The position numbers and the translations under genes are program-made. A stretch of DNA of 64,000 nucleotides, taken from positions 39,928,001 through 39,992,000 of the forward strand of contig OX597817.1 in the NCBI GenBank assembly GCA_951406725.2. The letters are read 5' to 3'. Under the pieces are notes generated by a model. That model ran no database searches, was not told the origin of the DNA, and saw only the letters and a program-made list of their open reading frames with translations. Shown here piece by piece: positions 26,679-39,841 of the stretch. Origin of the DNA: Octopus vulgaris (Eukaryota). The stretch's first letter is position 1. The number at the start of each line of letters is the position of its first letter.

Positions 26679-28548
26679 CTATCTCTATTTAATACATGGC
26701 TGTTTACATTTGTGCTAATACTACTTCCTGAAACTCCTCACAGAAGTTTAGACAGAAAATAAATTCTCAAAGTGTTTTTGCACTTCCCCTCCACCTTGTG
26801 TTTATAAACACTGTAAAATTATTATTTTTACTTGTTTGTTTGTGTTTGTTTTTACTTTTTCTTCTTTCTTTGCTGTATTTCAGATATAAATCTAACTTAA
26901 TAATGGCCTATTTTCAGCTTGCTTTTCTGTCTATACCTCCATGTTTTCTTTTTATATACAACTTGTATAAGAAACTGTCAAACTCCAGACTCTATGAGAA
27001 AACTTCTGGTCTTGCCATTTGTTATAACTATTATTAAGTTTTTTTGTTGTTGTGGTTTTTTCCTTTCTGTTTTCATATTACAATGTTCAAATTTTTACTA
27101 TATGACAAAACATAACCAAGGTGTTGAAAAACGTAAACAATATGGTGGTATATTAGTTTTTGTCTACTATTGATGTAGAGAGTAACTTAGTATTTCTCAC
27201 AGCATAACAAGTCAATACACACCATTTTGTTTGAGCCAATGACAGAGACTCTACAAGGTAGCTAACCCTTCAAGAAATAGCAGCCAAATCACCCTTGAAT
27301 CGCACTTTACTGTCTTAAAATCGAGTAGGACACATTAGATAATGTAATCATGGTTGTATTGTGCCTGAGATGGGAAGAGACAATGGCTATGACAGTAATA
27401 ACTTTGATTGTGAGTCTCTTGATTCAGAGAAGACCAAGGATAAAAACAACAACAACAAAAGCAACAAGAATTACTCTTCTGTATGTTTCTTGAGCAGCTT
27501 ATGCCAAAGAAAACTATCACTGACCAACGCAATCTTATTCCTGTCCATTTTACTTAGAACATACATTATGCTCATTGCTCAAGAAGCTTTTGATCATCAT
27601 CATCATTTAATGTCCATTGCCCATGTTGGCTAAAACAATGCAAAAAGCACATAATGACCAGTGATGTGCAACAACATCTGATAGTCTGGTCAGTCATGTG
27701 GTTACATGATATATATGAGAATGTGTTCTGGCACTTTTACACTATGATATATACCCAATTTTGGGGCACTGCTCCAGCTGCCCCTATCCACCATGTAAAA
27801 TGCCAGATAGTCATGGATCTTCTCTCTAACAGTAAACCTGTTTCTAATTTCCCTATCATATTTTTAACTGTTTGACTCCTTGCTTAAAGTAAACCTCGCT
27901 ACCTCCTACCCCCACTCTCCATCAAAGGAGAGTGAGAGTAGGAGATACAAAGTGACCTCACTGGTGCCAGAGCAAAAAAGGAGTACCCAATACACTCTGG
28001 GTTCACATTAAGAAGGACATCCAAGTCAAAAGTGAGCTGCTGGAGCAAGATATGATCCTGCAGTCTGTTGGATCCTGTTAAAGTAGCCACTCAATGCCAA
28101 CATGGAAGTGTTGATAATGTTAATGAAATGTGTGTGTGTTTGTATTTTGCTCCCGTGGAGCCTCTACACAGTCACTCAATCTGCTAGAAATATCAACCAC
28201 ATCTCCTTGATAGCCTTCTCTACCACATTAACAATAAGAAAGATACTATCAATCATGTGTTCCTAGATATATTGTGCTCAAATTAAACAACAAGATGGTC
28301 AAGATAGCAGCATCTTTTGACATAATTCCATTTAATCAGTGACTGACCCAGGGCTAAACAACAACAACAACACCAATAGTTTGTGTCTTTAGAAATGATT
28401 ATCACCATTGTTGTTGGCATCTTGAGATTCATAATCCTCATTATTTTTATTTAGATGCCATTAGTTAAGATAATAAACTATGATTAATAAGTTTGTATAC
28501 CAGTTCAGTGATTGTATCATATCCTTGAGCAAAAGATTCTAGCCAACC

Positions 28549-28625
<77 letters not shown>

Positions 28626-28668
28626 CTCTATCTATCTATCTAGTTATCTATCCAATCTATCTATCTAT
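28549..28668. repeat. (TCTA)n microsatellite
   Basis: Seen directly in the sequence. Confidence 0.95.
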
Positions 28669-30881
28669 TTATACTTATATCCTTCCTGCTTTCCTCAGCA
28701 GGTGTTATCGAATCTTTTCTTTAGGAAATAGGGAAATAAAGTAGATTTTAATTAAAAATGTGAATGTGTGAGTGAAAGAGAGAGAAATGGTGTGTGTGTA
28801 TGTGTTCATACAGAAACATATCAATATGCATTTTACTTACAAGTCATACTGGTTCTGATTAATCATTTGCTTCTCTCTGTCTCTCACACACACGCACCCA
28901 CCCACCCGCATATGCACACACACTTATACACACATGCATGCATACACATAATTACACACATTGCAGAAAATGTCCTTTCAAAAGAAACTGAGGCATGTTC
29001 CCACTTGTAATATTTGGCTAATTAACGCACCATTTATTCTCTGCATATTCATATTAGCAACCTACCTACCTCCCTCCCTACCTATCTACCTACCTAAATA
29101 AATAAATACATACATACATCTCCTTGTATACATACATATATACATACTCCTACATCTGGCTATTTCCTTGCTTTCATTTTCTCTCTCCTTTTCTTGCAAG
29201 CCCACTCTCTCTCTCTCTCATACTGCTTCTCTTCTCAGCCTCTCTAGCGTTCAGTTGTACCCTCTTTAATTATACAGCCACTCTTTATGTTTACGTCAGT
29301 ATCCCTGTCTTGTGTCCTCACATATTCTGGCGTTAGTGTGGCAAGCTTATATAACAAAAGAAAATCACCATTATCAAAATGACAATGGTGATGTTGATGA
29401 TGATGATGGCAGTGGTACTGATAATGATGATAATGAGTGATGGTAATGATGGTGATAATGGTGGTGGTGGTGGTGGTGGTGGCGGTGGTAGTGATGGTGG
29501 TCATGGTAATGTTGGTGGTGATTCCTTTTATTTGCCACAGCAGCATCAAATGAAGGGGAAATTTACGAGAACAATTTACAACCTGCGTAGTGTGGGAGAA
29601 GAAGAAAAGATGAGGAGGAAGAGAGAAAGAGAAGGCAAACAACAACAACAGCAACAACAATTATGATAATAATAATAATAATGACTTAATTTGAATCACT
29701 TTCTTGGTGGCTGAACATACAACCTGTCTTACCTGCAAAGTGTTGATTCTTGATGAAAATCCGCTTAATAAGGATCAAAAGATATATATATATATATTTG
29801 CTCTCATTATACTTACAACCACCACCCCACTCACAATCGCATTTCCTGTTTTATTTATAGTCTTGCTGTTATAGTTGCAATTATTACTGTTGTTATTGTT
29901 GTTGTTGTTGTTAGTATAGTTGTTGCTGTTGTTTCCTGCTTGCTTGCATCCTTTTCTGTACTCCACAAGTATTGTGAATATCCAGCTGTGTGTTTCTTTG
30001 GGCAATTGGGAAGGATCCATTGCTTTGTGAGTATTGGAAACGTTTACTGTTCGTGATATAAATCATATTGCTGTTGTTGTTGTTGTTGTTGTCATTTTCT
30101 AGCACTAGGTGTCTCCTGGTGGAACAGACTGACCTATGATCAAAGGTGTTCCAGCCATGATCATCATCTTTTATTTCAGATACAATAAACCTTGGACTGT
30201 ATTATCCAATGTATCATTTGAGAAAGCAGCATGTGTTTCGAAGGAGATGTAACTCCTATTTCTTGTATCTCAACCATTCATGTAGAGGCTTCCTTTTCAG
30301 ATGTTCTTCTTTATGTTGTTGTTGTTAGTATTGTTAAGGTGACAGAAATCAATGAGACTTGATGAGCTACTGCAACTAGTTTGATGTTTCTCTCTTTTGG
30401 GTTCAAATCATGCTAGAGATGATCATGTTGTTCATTTTCTTAGGGGTCAACAGAGTAATTTAAAAAAAAAAATTGGAGTAGAAAATATGACTTATGACCT
30501 TTGTAGCTCCACCTTCAACCCGCATCCCCAACTGGCAAGATTGAACATCTACAGGAACAAGATTAACAACAGGATGAACTCCATTAAAGGCCCCAACCAT
30601 CACAGCTGGTTAAAACACCTGACATATTACTGGTATTTGTAGATATATATTCTATCAACTTCAAAAGAAACAAAAGTAAGAAGAATATCTGTGGAGTTTT
30701 AGAATCAAAATCTTAGCAGAGGTAATCTAAATACAACAATAACAAAAATACCTTTCCAACTCTGTATCTCTCTACTATGTTTGTCACTTTTCTCTGACTT
30801 GATTTATTATTATTTATTGTTTCTGTCATTCTCCTAAAGTCAATGAAACAAAGTACCAGTGTTGTACGAGATTGGTTTTAA

Positions 30882-31090
30882 CCCTTTTGTTTCCATATTT
30901 CTGTTCAGATACTCTGTGTTTCTTTCAATTAATTTTAAATATAACAAAGAATAGTAAATTCATTAAGCTAGTGTTACGATCATAAATTGTGACGAAAGTT
31001 TGGTGGAAGATTTTAATTCAGAACTTTTGAAAACAAGACACTTGTACTAGAGAGCCAGAGGTGGTTTCAGGCGGGGTTAGTATCAAAGGG
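30882..31090. mobile_element. piggyBac-type MITE
   Basis: TTAA at 30878-30881 and 31091-31094 flank CCCTTT...AAAGGG termini. 209 bp, non-coding. Confidence 0.85.
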
Positions 31091-31869
31091 TTAATCAACT
31101 GTATAGCCCACCATACATTTCATGCTCTGTGCCAGTTTTAAAATCTATCATTTTATCTCTTATCTTTTACATGTCTCAGAGCACTGCCTTCAAGAATTTT
31201 TAATCAAATGAATGAACCCCAGTACTTATTACTTTTTTAAGCCTGATACTTATTCAGTTGGTCTCTTTTGCCAAACCACTAAGTTACAGGGATGTGAAAA
31301 CACACACACACACACACACATGCACATAGGTATACATGTATATACAACAGGGTTCTTTCAGTTTTTATCTACCAAATCCACTCACAATGCTTTGGTTGGC
31401 CCGAAGCTGTATTTTACTGACCCTTGAAGGAATGAAAAACAAATTTAACATCAATAGGATTTGAACTTAGAATCTAAAGAGCCAGAAGAAGTGCCATTTA
31501 GCAGTTTGTCTACCATGCTAACAGTTCTGCCAACTTTCAATAGTGATGAGAAGAAATAAATTCTTTGTGAACTAAATATAAAACCCAATACCAGTTCTCA
31601 GTTGAAGCTATTTTTATGTAATGCCTTATAGAAAGATGTAAAGATTACAAATTCCTTCTGTTACTGCTTCAGGAATTCCTATAATTATTGTTATTATTCC
31701 TTTTTGTTTTGATGCTTGTCATGGTAGTAGCAGTGAGAGTAACTATTTGAATTAGTTTTCGATTGTTCTATGCTGGTTATTGTTGTAGTTATCATCTTTA
31801 TTATTCATGGTTTGAGAACTACATCAACTGGTTCTTTTTAGGAATGAAAATTAGGTGCATCTTTTGGAA

Positions 31870-31948
31870 AAATATGTATAGAAGTAGTTTACTTATTGAT
31901 TCATCTATTTTTTGTATAAGAGAGGAAAGCATGTTAAAACTATTTCAT

Positions 31949-31987
<39 letters not shown>

Positions 31988-32745
31988 TTCAGTTTCTTTC
32001 AGATTATCATTATAAATAAATGACTCAAAATGTTATGCTTTTAGTATTTACTATTTTATATTTGTCTTATATTCATAGACAGCCAGTCTGTATCTTGTCT
32101 GCCATCAGTTTAGAGAACAATAGAGAGTCAATATTACGTTAAAGTAATTGTCTTCATCTCAAATTGGAATGGTAAGAGAGAGAGAAAGAAAGGGAAAACC
32201 AATATGATAAAGTCACAAATACTTTTTTAGATAGAGACAGGAATAATTTTCAATGTACTTAATTCATTTTCTTATCTGCCAATATGAAAGCAGTCAGTTT
32301 GTCCAAATTCAGGTGTTTCGGACTTATACCATTTTTACTATTTTTTAGTATTAGCCATATTTCATGTGTATGTATACATCTCTAATAAGTGAGCAAGATG
32401 TACACAAATACTCTTCTTATATTGTTTCAAGACTAATATCTTAACTCTTTTCTCTCTTCCTATCTTCGTGGGTGGGAACAGACAACTACTTGAATATAAT
32501 ATGAAATGGCTGCCTATTGTTTTATTAGTCTATACTGATGACATACATAATGCAGAAACAGGCTGTCTATAAAGATAAGACAAGTATGAAAGATTAAATA
32601 GTTAAATGAATGAATAATGTAGCAATTTGAGTGTTTCCTTATATGAATTATTTAGGGTAAAAATAAAAATAATCTTCACATGCTTTCCTTTCTTATATGA
32701 AATAAAGATGGACCAATGATTAAGCCACTTATATAGAAAAATAAA
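31870..32745. repeat. Long degenerate inverted repeat (arms about 31870-32135 and 32495-32745)
   Basis: Collinear reverse-complement blocks, e.g. tataagagaggaaagcatgt / acatgctttcctttcttata and ttgtcttatattcatagacagcc / ggctgtctataaagataagacaa. Confidence 0.8.
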
Positions 32746-33039
32746 ACTATGCTGGCCACTGTAGTAGCAGGCCTTTCTTCATTTAACAATAGTTGTGACA
32801 TAATGCATCAAAGACATTAGTCCTGAAACAACAAAGAATACCACATGTAGGTACATACCTTGGTTGCTTTTTTGGGATAAATACACAGAGGAAATATAAA
32901 TAATACTAAAGGTAAGGATAAAAATGGAAACTTTCCAATAACACTTGTATTTACAGAAGTATTTAGGGTTAGGCCATGGTTAGCAAAATCATGATTAAAG
33001 AAAATACTCGATAATAACGATGATAATAATAATAATTAT

Positions 33040-33292
33040 TTCTACTATAACTACAATGCCTGAAATTTTGGGGAAAGGGAGTAGTTGATCAAATCAACTC
33101 CAATGTTTATCTGATACCTATTTTATCCAGAAAGGATGAAAAGCAAAACCAGCCTCAGTGACATTTGAATATAAAGCTAGAAGAAATGCTGCTCAGCTTT
33201 TTGTCCAGTGTGGTAATGATTCTGTCAGCTCAGGACCTTAATTGATAATAATAAAAGGGATGATAATAATAATAACAATAATAATAATAACT

Positions 33293-33336
<44 letters not shown>

Positions 33337-33765
33337 CCTTTCTACTATAAAGACAAAGCCTGAAATTTTGGGGGAGGGGACTAGTCGATTACACCGTCCC
33401 AGGTGTTTCACTGGTACTTAATTTATTGACCTTGAAAGGTTGAAAGGCAATGTCAACCTTGGGCCTTAAATGATGATGATAATGATAATAATAATAATGA
33501 TAATAATAATAATAATGATAATAATAATCATTTCTGCTATAAGGCACAAGGCTTGAAATTTGGGGAGAAGGGCCATGAAATTTCAGGGAAAGGGATTGAG
33601 TTGATTACATCAACCCCAATGTTCAACTGTACTTATTTTATTGACTCTGAAAGGATGAAAGGTAAAGCTAACATCAGCAGAATTTGAACTCAAAATGTAC
33701 AGACAGACGAAATACTGTTAAGCATTTTACCCAGTGTGCTAAGGATTCTGCCAGTTTACCACCTT
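33040..33765 (-). mobile_element. Array of three family-M SINEs separated by (AAT)n
   Basis: Reverse-complement copies of the 12891-13104 unit. Confidence 0.85.
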
Positions 33766-33794
33766 AACTGATAATAGTAAAAATGATAATGATG

Positions 33795-33825
<31 letters not shown>

Positions 33826-36579
33826 CAATGACATATTGACACCCAGCAACTAAACACCATAGACCAGATACCATATTTGGCATAAAAAAAAAGAGAGAAT
33901 TTCTCATAAAAGAGCAAGGGATGAAATGTTTTGTGGAATTTTGTAGTCACCCTAATCCATGTTCAGTGAATTTCGATTTCGGAATCTAGTCATTCATCAT
34001 TCTAGAGTCAATAAAGAAAGTAATGCCAATCAAGAACAAGGGGTCATTATAATCAGCTATGTCTCTCCCTGTAATTTGTCTCTTTGTACCAATCTAAGGA
34101 AATCACCAATATTAGCAATATTATCATTAGGTTTGGTGATACTAAGGAAAATAGAACTCAAAACATGAGCGTGTATTAATTGACAGAAGTTACAGAGAGC
34201 GTATAAGACAGGCTATTACTCCTTGCTAGTGTTCAATTTTGTAGATAGTGCTCATCAACTGAGGAGTGAAGAATATGTTTTGTGATACAAGTAGGACAAA
34301 TAAAATTCTAAATAATATAAGCATCTGGTTTCTGCAACTCTAAGCAGGTGCTTGTGCTCATGGGAAATACTATAAATTATATTTAAAGCAAAATCCATGC
34401 TTCACTGAGAAAGTCTAATATGACTAAAACATGCCTGGTGTTATTTCTGTTGCCAAAAGAATGAAAACAGTTAGTGAATTAACTCTTTATTTGCAAAATT
34501 AAATTTCATGGTTTTTCCAGAAGTGATGTTAAATAACTCCCAAAAAATAAAATTGTTATTGTCTACAAGTCACATTACCTCAAATAAACTTGACATATTA
34601 AAAAAAAATAGTAAAATAATTTTCAAACATTACATTCCTCAACAAAAGATAAATTCGTATACAAAACTGTTTCCTGCTGTTAAAGATAATGAAATTGTGA
34701 ACTATCTGATTTCCACACTAAAATGGTTAATAATATTTTTTTCCCCCTACATTGTTTATTTTTCTAGTTAGTTATTTGATAGTACCTTTATCAATAATTA
34801 TTTTTGTAATATAGACACGAAGTTTGAAATTTAGATGAATGGTAATAGATATCATTAACCCAGTGTTTCATTGGTGCTTTGTTTTATCTACAATTAAATG
34901 ATGAAAGGCAAAGTTGACTGTGGTTGGATTTGAACCGAGAATGTAAAAACTCAGAACAAATGCTGTAGGTCATTTTTCTGACACTCTGTGATTGATCCTA
35001 CCAAAACTTACCTTAGTCTCATTCAGACATGGTTCCATTGTTAAGAATCTTGTTTCATAAAATACAATTTCAGGTTTATGGCGAGTATCTTCTCCCTCAT
35101 GTTGACCTAAGCTTTGTAAGGGAATGTAGTTGGTGGGAGCCTGTCCAAGAGCAATTCCTCTTTTTAAGGATGTAGACTTAATCACTTACCTGGTTTGAAA
35201 CCACCATCTAGAGTATCTTTAGAAAATACCTCTCTGTTGTACACATTCGATCCAAGGCCCTTTTTGTGATCATGAGTACTTGCCTTTCTTCTCTAACTGA
35301 ACACTCATTATATATTGTCTTTCTTTCTGGGATTACAAATGAGCAATTTAATTCTATCTACAATTGATTATAATTTGGTCTAGTGAATTCTGTTACTTAG
35401 TTCCCTTTGCATATTCAGAAAACACACACATACACACTCTTATACACACATGTATACATACTCTCTCTTTCCTTTTTTCTTTTTTCCTTCCTTTCTCTGC
35501 TGCTTCTTCAGAAGGCATTTAAATAAAATCTATTATATTTAAATAGCTTTCAATATTATTCAAATATTATTCTACATTATTCCCTATTTTATGTTTTGTT
35601 CTTCAGCTATTATTTGGCATTATTCAAATATTATTGGTCTTTTGAAACCTGATACAAAACAAAATTGTAAACAGAATATTCTGTTGAATAATTAATGTGT
35701 CTAATTGAAAGATGAATGAAACGAAAATCACATAAAAAACAAAAAATCAATAAATTGCAAAATTAATCAAAATAAAGATAAGATTTTTAGATGATTATTT
35801 TCATGTGTTCTGAAAATGTTTTATCATAGACATTTTATACCCACAATGGCTTAAATCGTGCAAACCTTTCATGATTTTACATCAACTTTTCAACTTAACA
35901 TGGATAAACTGGATAGTAATGTAAATATATAGTACTTTCATGTAAATTGTTTAAGCAATATTTTGTTGTTTTTTGCATATTTTTACACCCATTTACCGTT
36001 TTTTATGTTGACTTTCTGAATGCAAATTAAGATGAGTGTCTGTTCTTTAACTAATGAAGTTCGTGACTTTGCATAAGCTAGTATATCATGGTTAGAAGAG
36101 GAATGTGATATTAATGTTCTGATCCTTCATCTGAGAGGAAAATCTAACTTTCTTCTTCTTTTTCTTTTTTTTCCCTTCCTGAATGAACTCATCCAAACTC
36201 TTGAACTTTATGACTTTTTTGCTGACACAAAACATCACCAATATTCTGCAGACTAGTTTTTTGTTGTTTTTGTTTTCATATTTGTTCTTTAGTGAGAGTC
36301 ACAATGCAGATAGTTTGACTCTTATCAAAATTTCGTTTATGAATTATGTTGATTGCATTTTCTGTCTTTCAAATTGTCTCTCTACTTCTCAAACCCAACA
36401 ATTTCAGACTTCCAAACCCTTGTTCTTTGGATGATTTGAGAACTAAAGAAAAGATATGATATAGACTTGGAAAAGTAATAATGATAATGATAAAATTATA
36501 ATAATATCAATAATAATAATAATAATTTTTAATAAATCTTTTAATAAAAATTATTATAAGCTTTATATGAAGTTTATTA

Positions 36580-37260
36580 AAAGCTACTAGAGTCACAGCA
36601 AGACAGGGAAACCAAAGCACCAAATGAACTTAAAAACTGGAAAAAAGAACAGAAATTATCTGACTGGCAGAAGAAAGCGTTGCATGGTAGATTCCCAAAG
36701 ACAGTTTCAGCAAATAGTAGTAGTGAGACATGGTTATGGCTGCAGAAAGGAAAAGCTGAAGAAGGAGACAGAAAGTTTGTCAGTAGCTGCCAAACATTAA
36801 GGACTGATTGGATAAAAGCCAAGTAGATTCCCATGAAGAGGGAGACAGAAAGTTTGTTAGGAGCTGCATAAGATCAAGCATTAAGGACTAATAGGATAAA
36901 AGCCAAAATAGAAAAAACCAAGTAGATTCCCAATGTAGATTATGAAAATCAAAAGAAGAAAGCATTCCTCATATAGTAAGTGAATGTAGCATGCTGGCAT
37001 AGAAAGAATACAAGAAAAGACATGACAATCTAGGGAAAGCAATTCACTGGGAAAGCTAGGGTTTGAACATACTGATAAATGGTTAGAGCATGAATCTAGT
37101 GAAGTACGGAAAATAAGAAGTACAAGATGTTGTGGAACTTTAAATATTCAGACTGACAGAGTAATAGAAGCTAGAAGGCCTGATTTGGTAGTAGTAAATA
37201 AAGAGAACAGAAAGTGCCTGATAATTGACTTTATATTTACAAATGATAGGTCAAGAGAAT
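36580..37260 (+). mobile_element. R4/Dong-like RLE LINE remnant (zinc knuckle + restriction-like endonuclease)
   Basis: WQKKALHGRF, WLWLQKG, DQALRT, CRL*KSKEESIPHIVSEC (CCHC), RHDNL, LWNFNIQTDRVIEARRPDLVVVNKENRKCLIIDF. Internal duplication at about 36760-36935. Upstream flank is TAA-rich. Confidence 0.9.
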
Positions 37261-38173
37261 TAGTGTTAGTTGATTGTGGGGAACATGGTGTTTTTGACAG
37301 ATATGATATCCTGACAGCTTGTAACTGATGCCAATTGTGTATTCTATGTTTCAGCAACAAAAATCACCTATTAAAATGAAAGCTTTATAATACATTAATT
37401 TTATGATCAATGGTCTAGAACCATAATCTAAATCATTGTATTTTAGCAACAATTAATGTAGTTAATTCTTTTGTGAAATGTTTGGAACCATTGAGTTAAT
37501 AGTTTTACATTCAGTTTCTGCTACATTGCTCCAGTGATTGCTTTTATTTTCACCAAACTCTTCAGTCTTTCACTCTCTACAGGAATATGGTTCTACTTTT
37601 CAAAACACATAACAGTGTGCTCTTCCTGAATAACATTGGGAATGGTTTTAAATAACTGCCATCTTCAATGTTCCTTCCTCACTAGTTATTTCTTCTGGAG
37701 ATTTATTCTGCTGTGTCACACACACATTGTTGGTTTTTTTAACTTCCATAGCTTAAGTGAAAGCAGTGTTGTTACCCTTCATATCATCAAAACATTTGGC
37801 CATATTTAACTTGAGAACTCTCTAGCTTTGAGCTTCATCTGTCTCTCATCTCTTGTAAAGGTTATAGGCATTGATTGCTCTTTCCTCTAGACCAGATCAT
37901 TAAAAAACAAATGCCAAATAAATATTGCATCTATATTGGCAATAAAAGCAGAACTTCTTTAAACTCTGTGAAGAAATTACCTGTTATCATTGTGAGACAT
38001 TGTGCACTTTGTAGTCTGCTAGATCTCTGGCCTTTCCCATTATAATGACACTCTTAGATCTGTTGCCATGAGACTCTACTAACAACCAGGAAAGTTATGG
38101 TAAAATGGTTACTGCAGGACCTGTAGGGCTGATAAAAGAAACAAGTATATTCATTGGGTGGTATAAAGTTTGT

Positions 38174-38401
38174 TATTTCTTTACTGCCCACAAGGGGCTA
38201 CACACAGAGGGGACAAACAAGGACAAACAGATTTAGTCGATTATATCGACCCTAGTGTGTAACTGGTACTCATTTAATCGACCCTGAAAGGATGAAAGGC
38301 AAAGTCAACCTTGGCGGAATTTGAACTCAGAATGTAGCAGCAGACGAAATACCACTAAGCATTTCGCCTGGCGTACTAACATTTCTGGCAGCTCGCCACC
38401 T
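38174..38401 (-). mobile_element. Family-M SINE with an alternative 3' tail and a 12-bp TSD
   Basis: Direct repeat tataaagtttgt at 38162-38173 and 38402-38413. Confidence 0.9.
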
Positions 38402-39841
38402 TATAAAGTTTGTAACTCCTCAATAGCAGATACCCTTGTTATAATAGTAGACAAAATAAGTGTAGATTATTTGTGAATTCTAGCTGAACTGTGCAAGTTA
38501 ACAAATTTGGTCCCTAAATGGATATTTTTATTTATTTTTTCAAAGCATAGAATATTGTGCTAATAAGAGAATTTGAGCTATTGTCTCTTTGCCCAATCTT
38601 CTAGCAATTTATTGAGTTGGTAACTACTATAAACTAGATATAATATTTTAATTATTGATCAATGAAGTGCAATTCTTGTGAAAAGTAGATAGAACACAGG
38701 AATACAGTTCCTATCAATTTTGATGAAATATAATTGGGAACAAGGGACAGAGGGAATGGCTGTTGCCTTCATCAAGAAGCTCTATTGGGAAAATGGTAAT
38801 TAAAATAGCACACGAAAACAAACAAAAAAAATTGTGAACGTGATTTAAAATTAGACAGAAAATTAATGTCATGGTAAAATGTTGGAATATAAACAACCGA
38901 TAGACAAACACATACACACAGATATATATGTGTATTTGTATATATATGTATACATATGTATGTATATAGATATAGATATAGATATCATTATCATCATTTA
39001 ATATCTGTCTTCTATGCTAACATAGCTTAGATGATTTGGTAGAATTCACTGTCAGAGGACTGCATTGTGCCCCAGTACATAACTATTAGAGTTGAAGATG
39101 ATAATGGTTGTAATGGTTTTGTTCATGATAATGATGATGATTCTAGTGATTATGTTGTTTTTCAATATTCTTCACTCCTACTTTTGATAATAATGCTAAT
39201 TTTGATAATAATGACAATTGTAACGATGCTTGTGATGAGGTGATGGTGGGGTTTGTGGTGCAGCAGCTACCTTAACGCACTTTTGTTCAACAGTTCTTTC
39301 ACTGTTGAAAATGGGGGTTGTTGGGGTTGAGCAGGAAGATAATATTTGGTGATGATGATAATAGTGGCAATGATGATGATGATGATGACAATGATGATGT
39401 AAAGAAAATAATGATAAATAAGATGTTGGTAGAAGTGAAAGCAGGAATAAAATTTGTATAATTTTCTAATTTTTAGTAGAGGTGCTAAATGTTGTCTGAC
39501 TCCAATTATATATTTAATCTAATAATTCTCTTTAAACAACAGATTTCAAATTTTTTTTCAGCCAAAACAAAAACTAACCTTCATGATAAGACTGATAGTT
39601 AAAATGACATTTTTTTTTTATTTCTATGTTCACACTGTAAAAATCTTTAAACTATATTCACCAAATGTATTTTAAATCTTCATAATTATGTGATGCAGTC
39701 TAAAACCTGAGTTAGTGTTATTGTTATGAAATAGTCACAGCTGAGTTGATATCAGTAGATTCATGTTCTGTCCTGTATATAGAGTAAGTAAAATTCAGAG
39801 TCCAATGGTTATTACTTCATCACTCTATCTACCCTCCACAG

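Noticed and set aside
29244-29666. Gly/Gln/His-rich ORFs
   Set aside because: Built from (GAT)/(GGT)/(CAA) repeats and an inverted LINE tail, with no splice support.
36400-36480. Possible extra exon (tttcAG...GTAATA) between exon F and the terminal exon
   Set aside because: Stop codons in all three frames.
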